This document shows positions 53,116 through 64,000 of a stretch of DNA of 64,000 bases, piece after piece. The DNA is taken from contig NC_083447.1 of the NCBI RefSeq assembly GCF_020745735.1, positions 16,944,035-17,008,034 on the forward strand. The letters are read 5' to 3'. Position numbers and translations under genes: made by a program. The notes under the pieces were generated by a model. The model had not been told where the DNA came from, did not search any database, and was given only the letters and a program-made list of their open reading frames with translations. This DNA is from Hemiscyllium ocellatum. Its lineage: Eukaryota. The first letter of the stretch is position 1. Every line of letters begins with the position of its first letter.

Positions 53116-53757
53116 CTGAATGGAACATCACAGCACACGTATGGAGTTACAGCCATTTCCAGAGTCACGTAACTATCTCCACCTCACACCACACTGCACA
53201 GTTACCATACTCTAGTTTAGAGTGATGTGGACATGCTAACACTTCATAATGAACGCTCCACAAGTTTCTCATGACAACAGTAATTTTAAGTAAATATAAA
53301 CCCTGATTTCTTCACACACTGCAGGTAATAATGTAGAAAAATCTTATGTTAAGTCTAGTGGGAGTTATGTGAAGAGGAAATCTTCATTTAATAATAAAAA
53401 CCCACTTAATTGTGCATAATCCATGTATTATAATTGAAGTGCCTAACAGTTTTAAAAGTAAAAATTATTTTTGATATAAAAGCAGAACTTGCTGGAGAAA
53501 CTCAGGTCAAGAAGAGAGAAACATTTTAGAGTCTAACGGATAGCTGGATGTTGAAAGATTTGGGGCATATCAACAAATATTCTCCGTTGATAAACACCCA
53601 TCCATTTATGTCACTATAAAAATGTCATGGGACTGGTGAGGTCCTCCAACTAACTGTCTCACCATAGTTTTCACTCTAGTACAGGGCATTAAATCTAAGA
53701 GCTAAGTTATGAATGCAGTGTGAAAGTGACGAGCATTTATTACTGTAATAAGTATAC

Positions 53758-53910
53758 CTTGCTGATCTCCAGTTCCACTTTGCTCTTGAGCTCCTCGGTT
53801 GTTATTTCTAAATATTCCATTTTTTCCACTGGGAATGACGTATCAGGCAAAACCACGGAGCAGAGACAAACTCCTTCGTTGTTGATTGTCCCATTGACAT
53901 TGATGCCAGA
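53758..53910 (-). CDS. OLFM4: Olfactomedin-4-like exon 2 (CxC motif)
   Basis: SGINVNGTINNEGVCLCSVVLPDTSFPVEKME...EISK, 153 nt. Confidence 0.92.
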
Positions 53911-54769
53911 CTGTCGGGGCAGAAATTAGAATGAGTGCAACTTCAACACTGGTGAGAACGGGTAGAATTTCTTACCCTCTCCCAAATTAATAACACTCTG
54001 CTTTAGCTCCTTTCCTGTCAAGCTGATGCAGACAAAATGATTGCATTGTGGACACACGTGCTTATTATTCACCTCAGCTATCAAAAAGCCAAGTTACACT
54101 TGCCACCCAAGTGTACCTTCAGGTTTACAGTTTCTTCCTGCCTCCACCTGGAGGGAAGTTGGCCTCTGTTTCCAAAGTCCCTATGTTTTCAGGGATTCAA
54201 TAGAATTATAAACTCATACAGCCCATATAGAAGGACCATTCAGGTCATCATGTTCTTTGACATTTTCCTAATTAGTCTGCCTTAAGTATACCTTCTATGC
54301 AGTTAGAGTTTTGAGAATTCCATTTTTTTTAGACATTCCAAATTGTGTAAAATCAAATCCTCCTAATTTCCTCTCTCAATTTACCTTCAATCAGGATTCT
54401 TTGTGTTCCAATGTTCTTTACTGCGACAATTTCTCCCAGTTATGGATTCACTTTTTTACTCTATCTGTATAAATCTTCACAGAAAAATGTCATCTGTTTG
54501 TTCCAAAATGCTGATTGATCAATGCCTTCCAGTGATCTCTCATCCTTCACTAATGCAGCATTGTCACTGTGTGACTAGTCGACATTAGCGATCACTTCAC
54601 TAAGCTTGGGTACTCATGTGGAAGCGTCTCTGAACTGGAGTGAGCAACAAAGGAGCATGCTCTAGATTGCAGTTTTGCCTTCCACCCACAGACATGTTGA
54701 ACTGGAGGAAGAGGTACATTAAATGCCCCACAACACTTTTAATAGAGATTCTGAATCTCACACAGAAAT

Positions 54770-56060
54770 ATGGGAAAGAGAATTGGTGGGGTCATGGACA
54801 ATGAAGAAGATTAGGAGAAAGTGAGGACTAGAGACGGTGGAGATCAGAGTCGAAAAGTGTGACACTGGTAAACCACAGCAGGTCACGCAAAAACCAAGGA
54901 ACAGAAGAAGGGCTTATGCCAATAACATTGATTTTCCTGCTCCTCAGATGCTGCCTGACCTGCTATACTTTTCCAGTGCCACACTTTTCGACAAAGAAGA
55001 AGATCATCTCAGTACAACAGAACCTTGACCAGAACTTTGGCCAGTGGGCTGAGAAATGTCAGATGGAATTTAATTTCGATAAATGATAGGTGTTACGTTT
55101 TGGTAAGGCAAATCAGGGCAGGGCTTATACACAACAGTGGAGTCCTGCCACATGTTGCCAAATAAAGAGATATTGAGGTGCAGGTTCACAGTTTCTTGAA
55201 GGATAGCAAAGATGGTGTTTGGTACGCTTGCCTTTATTGGTCAGAGCATTGCATAAAGGAGGTTGGATGTCTTGTTGTGGCTGTACAGACATTGCTTAGG
55301 GCACTTTTGGAATACTGCATTCAATTCTGGTCTCCCTGCTATACAAACAATGTGAAACTTGCGACCAACGAAAAGATTTACAAGGATGCTGCTGGGGTTG
55401 GAAGATTTGAGCTAAAGAGAGAGGCTGAATAGGCTGGGGCTATTTTCCCTGGAGCATCGGAGGTTGAGGGGTGGCCTTATAAATGTTTATAAAATCATGA
55501 GGGACATGAATAGGGAGAATAGACAAGGTCTTTTCCCCAGGTTGGGGAGCCCAGAACTAGAGGTCATAGATTTAGTGTGAGAGGGGAAAGGTATCATAGG
55601 GACCTCTTCATTCCAACATTTTCATTCCGAGGGTTGTGTGTGCCTGGAGTTCGTTGCAATAGTAAGTCATGGAGGCTGACTTAATTCCAACATTTAAAAG
55701 GCACCTGGATAGGTACACAAATAGGAAGGAGTTACAGGGATATGGGCCAAGTGCTGCCAAATGGGACGAGATTAATTTATGATATCTCATCTTCATGGAT
55801 GAGTTGGACCAAAGGGTTAATGTTGAAAAATGTGTTGCTGGAAAAGTACAGCATCCAAGGAGCAGGAGAATTGACGTTTCAGGCATAAGCCTTCTTCAGG
55901 AATGGCTAATGCCCGAAACGTTGTTTCTCCTGCTCCTTGGATGCCGCCTGACCTGCTGCGCTTTTCCAGCAACACACCTTTCAGCTCTGATCTCCAGCAT
56001 CTACAGTCCTCACTTTCTCCAAAGGGTCTATGCCCATATTGTACATCTCTATGACTTTAC
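54770..56060 (+). mobile_element. CR1 LINE fragment with two family A insertions (54812-54989, 55818-56018)
   Basis: QWAEKCQMEFN, LEYCIQFWSP; insertions flanked by 15-bp (1 mismatch) and 9-bp (CCAAAGGGT) duplications. Confidence 0.88.
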
Positions 56061-57151
56061 GAGTAGGATATTTATCCCCATTGAGCCTCCATTGTCATTC
56101 AACTTGATCATGACACTTTCTCAACACTGTACGTCTGCTGTCTCCCCATGTCCCTAACACTCTTAAGACTCAATAAATCTTCCTGAAATACATTCCGTGT
56201 CTCAGCCTCCAGAGTTTTCTGGATGAGGGAATTACATTGGGAGACAACCTCAAAGTGAAGATATTTCACCTCACCTCAGTGTGGAATGGCCTGTTCTATA
56301 TCCTGACTCAGCTGGGGGTGAGTCAGGAATGAAGTTTCTATGAAGTTCTCACACTGCTACTTTCTTCAATCACCCCAGATATTGGGAGAAATTTGATGTC
56401 CAAAAACAAGAGTTCATCAGAAGAGGCATGTTGACCCTAGTGTAACACTTCCTTTAGCACAACATACTGTATTACCAACATGACATGCTAACATGATGAC
56501 AAACAGTTTTGAATATTTATGGCTCCTCATTTCTCAGATGTAGCCTGTGGGTCAAGGCAGACAATGCAGAAATTGATCCAGACTACTATTTCATTAAGGG
56601 TTCAGAAGTGTGGGATGAGCACTAACCAGGAACATGCTCCCATTTCCACCACTAATTGTCAGCACTGAGACTGTCAAACAAGGGGACAGTCCCTGCCCCA
56701 TGCCTCACACCGTTAGCATCAACAACTTGCATTTAATGAGAAACTTTCAGAACATCCCCAAGAATCATTGAAATACTTCTTAAGAGGAGATGTGTTAGTC
56801 AATTTGCAAAAAGATCAAATATACAATGAGATCAAATGCTTTGAATGCTGTTGGTTGAGGGACATTGGCCAGGGCACCAGGGAGAAACTGAACTGCTCTT
56901 CATTGGAACAGTGTCATTCCATGCATCAGAACAAGGGTTGATTTTGAACAAAAGTATCTCCAACCATGCAGCACTCCTTCGTGCTGTGCTAGACATGCAG
57001 TCTGGATTACATATTCAGGTCTCCAGAGTAGAGGTTGAAGAACTAGGATCTAACTGAGGGATAAGGGGCATTGAGCCACAGCTTACACAAACACACAACT
57101 GGAATACCTCAGAGTGATATGAAACTGATGCAAAATGAGAAGTAAACTCAC

Positions 57152-57193
57152 AGAAGGCAGGACAGTGGCCGCGATCAACAGAAGGAACAGCAT
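57152..57193 (-). CDS. OLFM4: Olfactomedin-4-like exon 1 (signal peptide MLFLLLIAATVLPS)
   Basis: AAG ATG start, hydrophobic stretch, gtgagt donor in phase 0. Confidence 0.85.
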
Positions 57194-57245
57194 CTTTGTT
57201 CTGTTTCCGAGCTCACTTCCAAGTTACTTGAGGAGGGGTTTGAGG

Positions 57246-57312
57246 TTTAAATAAAAAAAAACTCAGTAGAACTCCTCCCCTAATTGAGTGACATGTTCTT
57301 CTGAGAGCCAAT
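57246..57312 (-). promoter_or_regulatory. Core promoter of the olfactomedin gene (TATTTAAA box, CCAAT box)
   Basis: TATTTAAA on - at 57253-57246; GCCAATCAG near 57307-57315. Confidence 0.6.
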
Positions 57313-60300
57313 CAGAAAGAAACAGCCTTTCTAGTAATTTATTTTTATCATTAAAGTCAGATAAGTAAACTTGTCGGCTGGTTGCGTAATTATGTTAACA
57401 ATTCAAGGTAATTTTCAGTTTCATTCTTTTCCAATCTCGAAGATCATAGTCACCTTATGCTGTGGAAGCAGGCCGTTTATCCAGACCAGTTTATTTCCTT
57501 TGAACAATGCCTCAGATGTGTTGATTTTGTTTTGCAAAAAAATTTCTTTCCTGGTCTCTGTCTTTTTTTGTGTGCTTATGGTCACAGACTTTTCCATTTT
57601 CTGTTATCTTGCCAAGTGGAAGGAAGATTTATATCCATGTAATTCATAGTTTGTATTTATACAATTGTTCTGTGGCTGACAATCCAATCAATGACTAATT
57701 TATCTCCACTTTTGATGTCCTTCACTCCATGAAAACCGTGACACACTCTCACTATGACTGCTTCCCTGGCTTGGCCAGTATCTCACCCCCCCCCGCCTTA
57801 ACTCCAAGTGACCGAAACTTGGATATGGTGGAGAACTGGCTGAACCATTCACCAACCAAATTTGGCTAGACCGCACTGAAAACACTGTCAGATTCTGCTC
57901 TCATCTGCTAAACCGGATCACCATTCCAGAGTTGACCTAACACACAAAGACAACTCCCAGCTCCTATATCTCTGCTGACAAATTACCTTCTTAAAGGTCT
58001 TTCCCCTCCACTCTTACCTACAACGACAAACGCAAACAGGTTGTTGGAGATCGAGGTTGAGAAGATACGGTCAGCCTTCCCTCTTCCTTGCTCCAGCGAA
58101 GCAAGTTGCTCGGGTGCTTTACTCTGTCAAGGGTGCTATATGTGCACAGGTTGTTGATGGTGAAGTGTGGTTCACAGTTACAGGGCATTCCAAAGTGCTT
58201 CACAGTCCAAGAAGTATCTTCAATGTGGACCCACTGCTGTCACAGAGACAATTTACAGACTGCTGACCAGATCATTCATAGGAACTCTAAATGAGAATCG
58301 AGGCCATTCAGCCCATCGAGTCTGCAATGACCTTTTGAAGAACATCCCACCCTAATTCCGGCCTCCTACCCTGTCCCCAACACACCACATTTACGATGCC
58401 TAATCCAACCAGTCTGCACATCCTTTTGCACAAGGGACAAGTTAACATGGTCAAACTATCTAACTTGTACATCTTTGGCCTTCAGAGGTGTGTAATAATA
58501 TCTCTGAGCAGGTTGATTATAATAAAGTTGATGAGAAGAGGCTCTTGTGGAGTAGTGGTAGTGTCCATACTCCTGGACCAAGAAACTTTGGTTCAAGTCC
58601 CACCTACTCCAGAGGTGGGTCACAACATCTCTGAATAGGATGATTAGAAACATTAGTTAAATATGTTAAGAACAACTAGAAAGTGATAAAGTTATTACCT
58701 GGTGAAGTTCCAGGTGGACCCGTCATCAATTAAAGCCTCTAAGTAGTGAATTAATGGTTACTGAAGGGCCTCAACTCACCACCTGGTTGAATTTCTGCCT
58801 GGATGGTGTGTGAGAAAGGTGGCTGGTTTCCTGACAGAGAAATCAGTCTGCCAGTACTTTTGTAGAGAGATGTTTCCAATCTGAGGGCAGTTGGTGGCAT
58901 GGACAGATGGCCTTTTAAAGCCACCTTTTTCCCTTGCTTCTGACACTCCACCTGACCCAACACAAAATACAATATCCATCCCAATAGAGCTGAAAAGACC
59001 CTTTCCCTTTAAGAGGTGCAAGCTAACTTTAAGAGGTATCAGGAGCATAGGGCAGCAATCCCTCTCTGCAATGATCTGCCAATCAGCAGCAAGGTTTGTC
59101 TGTCAAAGGTCAATCACTCAATGACGTTGTTTGATATTTGACCTTTACATCGGATGTGGACATTGTGGACAAGGATTAATCACCCTGGAACGATAGTGAA
59201 AGTGGAAGCTGGGATGCAGAACAAGCATGTGGTTGAGGAACATGGAAAACCGGAGCAGGAGGCCATTCAGCCCTTCGAACCTGCTGTGTCAATCAAGATG
59301 ATCATGGTTGATCATCCACCTCAGCGGCCTGTTCTCCCATACCCTGTGATATTTTAAGCCCTAAACACGCATCGAATTTCTTTAAAATATTCAGAGTTTT
59401 GGCTTTAACCGCTTCCTGTGGCAGAGAATTCCTCAGGCTTGCCATTCTCTGGATGAACAAACTTGTCTTAATTTAACTCAATTTTCTTTATTGTGTATCA
59501 ATAGTCCCTCCAACTCTACTCACAAGGCCACCAATTAACCTTCCCACAGCCTAGAGTGCATCCTTGAGTGGTTGATCTGTCGAGTGAGACGTCTTTAACT
59601 CCAGGGTTGACTAGACCACTCTACCCTATTGATTGTGCTGACCCTGTCATACTCATGGTATGTGCAGTATACAGCCTGTCACTGAAGTTCATGCTCATAC
59701 CTTTGAAATGTTAGACAACACTAGCACATATATTAATCTAACCCTCCCTCACCTGAGATTTTTTACTTGAATGTATTTGCCCTTTCCCCTGTCATCCTGT
59801 GTCTTTTCCCCACCTTAAACCAGTTCCTTTTCCCAAGGTTTATTAAGAAGTCAGCTTTCAAATGGAAGATAACTTCAGCACTAATTACCAAGCCCTTCTT
59901 CAAAGCCAGTGTTCCCAGTTCTTACCTTGATGAGGAGGTGCCGGTGTTGGACTGGGGGAGGACAAAGTTAAAAATCACACAACATCAGGTTATCGTCCAA
60001 CAGGTTTATTTGGAAGCGTTATTTCTTATCAGGTCACACCCAGCGGTAAACATCAGGATCCTGCAGGTGTTCAGTGCAGACAAATATTTAACACTTGTCC
60101 CCTGTCCAACAAAGTAAAGTCTCAGGCTCTCTCTTGTACATGTTGTTAATTATTGCAGCCCTCCTCTCCTGAAACATACATTGTCTATTCTCATGCAATT
60201 GGTTTTAAAGTTGCGTGCACATCCACTTGGATCCTAAATTGGCTCGAAGGTAGGTGGTAGTCCAATTTTGGACTCCCCCATCCCACGTAAAAGACTTTTG

Positions 60301-60929
60301 TTATTCACCCGATCCAGGCCCCTCATGATTTTATAAACCTCCATTATGTCACGCCTCAGCCTCTGAAACTCCAGGGAGAATAGCCACAGCCAATTACCGA
60401 CGCTGTAGTGGGTTGTGGAGAATAATGGTCTGCACAGTCTAACTTTGATCCAGCGTCACTCCTTTAGGGACTTAAATCAGAAATACGATGACAAAGGAAT
60501 GCCTGAGACAGCTCGGGATGACTGTTCTGCTCTTGGTAATAAATGTCCCAAGACATGAAGATCCCTCCAGTGCCTTTTTCTCGTTGTGACTCATTTGCTT
60601 GCGATTTAGAAGATTAGTTCAGTTCTGGGCACCACTGCTCAGCATATGTTGACCTTGGAGGAGACAATGTTGACTAGAACTGCATCAAGCATTAAATTCT
60701 TAGTGTTCAATGGTTTATTTCATCTTTGTTTGATTATGTTAGTCTGGGAATTGATCCTAATCCACTTACTTGATTGCTTAAGCCTATGGATAGAGTGAGG
60801 GAGTTCAATACTGACACCAGACTGGGAAAGAAGATATTTTCTGTGTTTTAAGATGGCACCAGAGAGTGGAGACACTAAACAAGATGTTTCACCATATTTG
60901 TAATAAATGTACGTGACAATAAATAAATC

Positions 60930-62168
60930 TGTTGTTGTGGTTCTGTTCGCCGGGCTGGAAGTTTTTGTTGCAAACGTTTCATCCCCTGGCTAGGCGACAT
61001 CATCAGTGCTTTGGAACCTCCTGCGAAGCGCTTCTTTGATGTTTCTTCCGGTATTTATAGTGGTCTGTCCTTGCCGCTTCCGGGTGTCAGTTTCAGCTGT
61101 CCGCTGTAGTGGTTGGTATATTGGGTCCAGGTCGATGTGTTTGTTGATGGAGTTTGTGGATGAATGCCATGCCTCTAGGAATTCCCTGGCTGTTCTCTGT
61201 CTGGCTTGCCCTATGATAGTAGTGTTTTCCCAGTCAAATTCATGTTGCTTGTTGTCTGCGTGTGTGGCTACTAGGGATAGCTGGTCGTGTCGTTTCATGG
61301 CTAGTTGATGTTCATGTATGCGGATTGTTAGCTGTCTTCCTGTTTGTCCTATATAGTGTTTTGTGCAGTCCTTGCATGGTATTTTGTAAACTACATTAGT
61401 TTTGCTCATGTTGGGTATCGGGTCCTTTGTTCTAGTGAGTTGTTGTCTGAGCGTGGCTGTTGGTTTGTGTGCCGTTATGAATCCTAAGGGTCGCAGTAGT
61501 CTGGCTGTCAGTTCTGAAATGCTCCTGATGTATGGTAGTGTGGCTAGTCCTTTTGGTTGTGGCATGTCCTCGTTCCGTGGTTTGTCTCTTAGGCATCTGT
61601 TGATAAAGTTACGCGGGTATCCGTTTTTGGCGAATACCTTGTATAGGTGTTCCTCTTCCTCTTTTTGCAGTTCTGGTGTACTGCAATGTGTTGTGGCCCT
61701 TTTGAATAGTGTCCTGATGCAGCTTCATTTGTGTGTGTTGGGGTGGTTACTTTCATAGTTTAGGACTTGGTCTGTGTGTGTTGTTTTTCTGTGTACCCTT
61801 GTGGTGAATTCTCCGTTCGGTGTTCTCTGTACAATCACGTCTAGTAATGGGAGTTGGCTATCCTTTTCTTCTTCTCTCGTGAATCGGATGCCTGTGAGTG
61901 TGGCGTTGATGATCCGGTGTGTTTTTTCTATTTCCGTGTTTTTGATGATTACAAACGTGTCATTGACATATCTGACCCAGAGTTTGGGTTGAATTTGTGG
62001 TAGGGCTGTTTGTTCTAACCTTTGCATAACTGCCTCTGCTATGAGTCCCAAGATTAGTGATCCCATGGGTGTTCCGTTGATTTGTTCGTATATCAGGTTG
62101 TTGAATGTAAAGTGTGTAGTGAGGCACAAGTCCAGTAGTTTAAGTATGCCGTCTTTGTTGATAGGTTC
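60930..62168 (-). mobile_element. Penelope-like element 3' part: RT plus GIY-YIG endonuclease, with a hammerhead at 60970-61009
   Basis: YEQINGTPMGS, WVRYVNDTF, FTREEE; NVVYKIPCKDCTKHYIGQTGR...RIHEH...REFLE. Confidence 0.95.
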
Positions 62169-62169
62169 C

Positions 62170-63260
62170 GCCTCCTGTTTTCTGTTCTATTACTCTGCTC
62201 CTCCTCCTCCACTTTGAACATTGAGGGTATGACTGAAGTGCTGCCTCTGCCCACATGGGGCTTGCCTGCTGCTTTGAGGCTGGGAGTACTGCACATGCTT
62301 GGGGAGTATCGTATCAGTCGTGTGGGCGACATGCTCAGCCCATGGTAGCTGATCGAGGGTGGGCTGTCCCTCAGTACTGGGGATGTTGGCCTGGTCGAGG
62401 TCACTGGTGTTGGTGTGACTTTCTTCTCAATGGATTTAACAGGGTCTTGTATAGAGAGCTTTGGTGGGACTGTTCCAGTGCCTTGAGGTGTCTGCTATAG
62501 ACAGTCCACGCCTCAGAGCCATATAAGAGGGTGGGACCCACCACAGCTCTGTAAAATATGACCTTGGTGTCAGATCTGTTGTTGTTATTCTCAGCCCCGC
62601 TTTTCCTCAGATGGCTGAACGCTGCACTTGCACATTGGAGGCTACGATGGGTCTCTTCATCAAGAGCTGCTTTGGCCGACAGGACACTTCCAAGGTATTG
62701 GGAATGGTCAGCCTTCCCTAGGGGATCTCCGTGGACCTTGAAAATCACGTCCGTTGTGCTTCTCCGTGATGAAAGGCCACACAACAACTCCAGGAGGAGT
62801 TCCTCGGCCGCACGGAGGAGACAGTTGAGGATGATCTTGATGATCAACAGCAGGGAGATTCCCCTGTAGTTATCACAGTCGGACTTGTTCCCAATTTTGA
62901 AAGGATGACAGTGAGATCTCCTGAGATGCCATCCTTCCAGTTAAGGCAGACAAGGGTGTGTAGCTGCAGCCAGAGCCCTTTGCCTCTGTATAGATCAATA
63001 CCTCAGCAGGGATACCATCTGCTCCAGCAGCCTTGCTGTTGGTAAGCTGGCCGTCACTACTTTGTGCAAGTCTGGGGTGTTGTTAACCTCATGCTGCGGG
63101 ATGCTGTTCAAGGATGCTCTGATCAACAGCAGAGCCTTGGTTGAGGAGGTCTCTGAAGTGCACCCCTCAGTGTTTTTTTATGGCTTCTTTATTCTTGATC
63201 AGAGTCACTCTGTCCTTGGCCTGCAGTAGGGGTGGGGCCTTGGGTGCTTGGTCTACGTGT
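62170..63260 (-). mobile_element. RTE (BovB-like) LINE remnant
   Basis: NYRGISLL; YLGSVLS...ASAAFSHL...YRAVVGPTLLYGSEAWT. Confidence 0.88.
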
Positions 63261-63262
63261 GG

Positions 63263-63962
63263 TGTTATGGACCAGGTCAGACCCTCCCCCACCCCAAAAC
63301 AATTTAAGAAGGAGGCCAAGACTACTCCAGGAGGGACGCAGTTTGTCAAATCACTCGGGTTTTAAACAAAACCGAATTTATTTACACCCAAGCAAAAGAA
63401 AACCGAATTCAGAATACCATAACTGTTTGAAAATTCAACTGATGTGAAAATGCAACTTAACAAAGAGCTGCTCTGATTTCCTGCAATATCCCATAAACAC
63501 ATCCCTTGGCAAAAAGGTAAATTCAAACCCAGTTCTTACTGGAGACAGATCTCAAAGAGAGGGCGAGGATCAGCATGGAGCTGTTTCTCTGGGTCCCCAT
63601 CTCAAATCTAGAAAAAAAACCATGAACTGGGGAAATTGTCACAAAGCTCATTCCTGATGAAGCGTTTATGCTTGAAATGTTGATTTTCCTGCTCCTCGGA
63701 TAATGCCTGACTGTCTGTGCTTTTCCAGCACCACACCCTTCGACTCTGATCTCCAGATCTGCAGTCCTCACTTACTCCCCTTCAAGTGTTTTTTTTTTAA
63801 AATCGACCTGAAAGCCTTTTCTGATAGTTGACTTACGCTGCATCTGTAGCCATTATTAAAGTAGCCAGTTCAGACATTTTGGCACCTCTGCCTTTATGAC
63901 CCCTCTCAGGAAAACAAAAACCAGGGACAGAATAACCTTGTTAAAGCTGTAGCATTGTCACA
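63263..63962 (-). mobile_element. Solo LTR containing a family A fragment (about 63648-63778)
   Basis: TGTTA...TCACA termini; flanks GTGG / GTGA (3 of 4 match). Confidence 0.65.
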
Positions 63963-64000
63963 GTGATCTTGACAGTACAGAAGAAACCATGCACATCATA

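Overview
This is eukaryotic, intron-rich DNA from a cartilaginous fish (inferred from HE1/V-SINE-type and shark-type CR1 repeats); the ORF track is mostly noise. It holds three genes. (1) The last 10 exons and 3' UTR of RYR1 on + (527-12878, UTR to about 14.4 kb). (2) A complete 5-exon olfactomedin-4-like gene on - (57193-49670, 462 aa). (3) An unannotated 7-exon gene on + that the ORF track misses (27623-46153, about 190 aa, MAGCWCG...QTHP*); its exons have canonical splice sites and fully consistent phases, and I do not recognise a homologue. The rest is dense with mobile DNA: CR1, Tx1-like, RTE and Penelope retroelements, two SINE families, Tigger-like MITEs, solo LTRs and minisatellites. 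The main RNA-level observation is about 15 minimal hammerhead-ribozyme motifs from at least four families. One overlaps the stop codon of a Penelope ORF, and many sit in short, often palindromic, Penelope-derived elements flanked by target-site duplications. All coordinates were read by eye; repeat boundaries are approximate.
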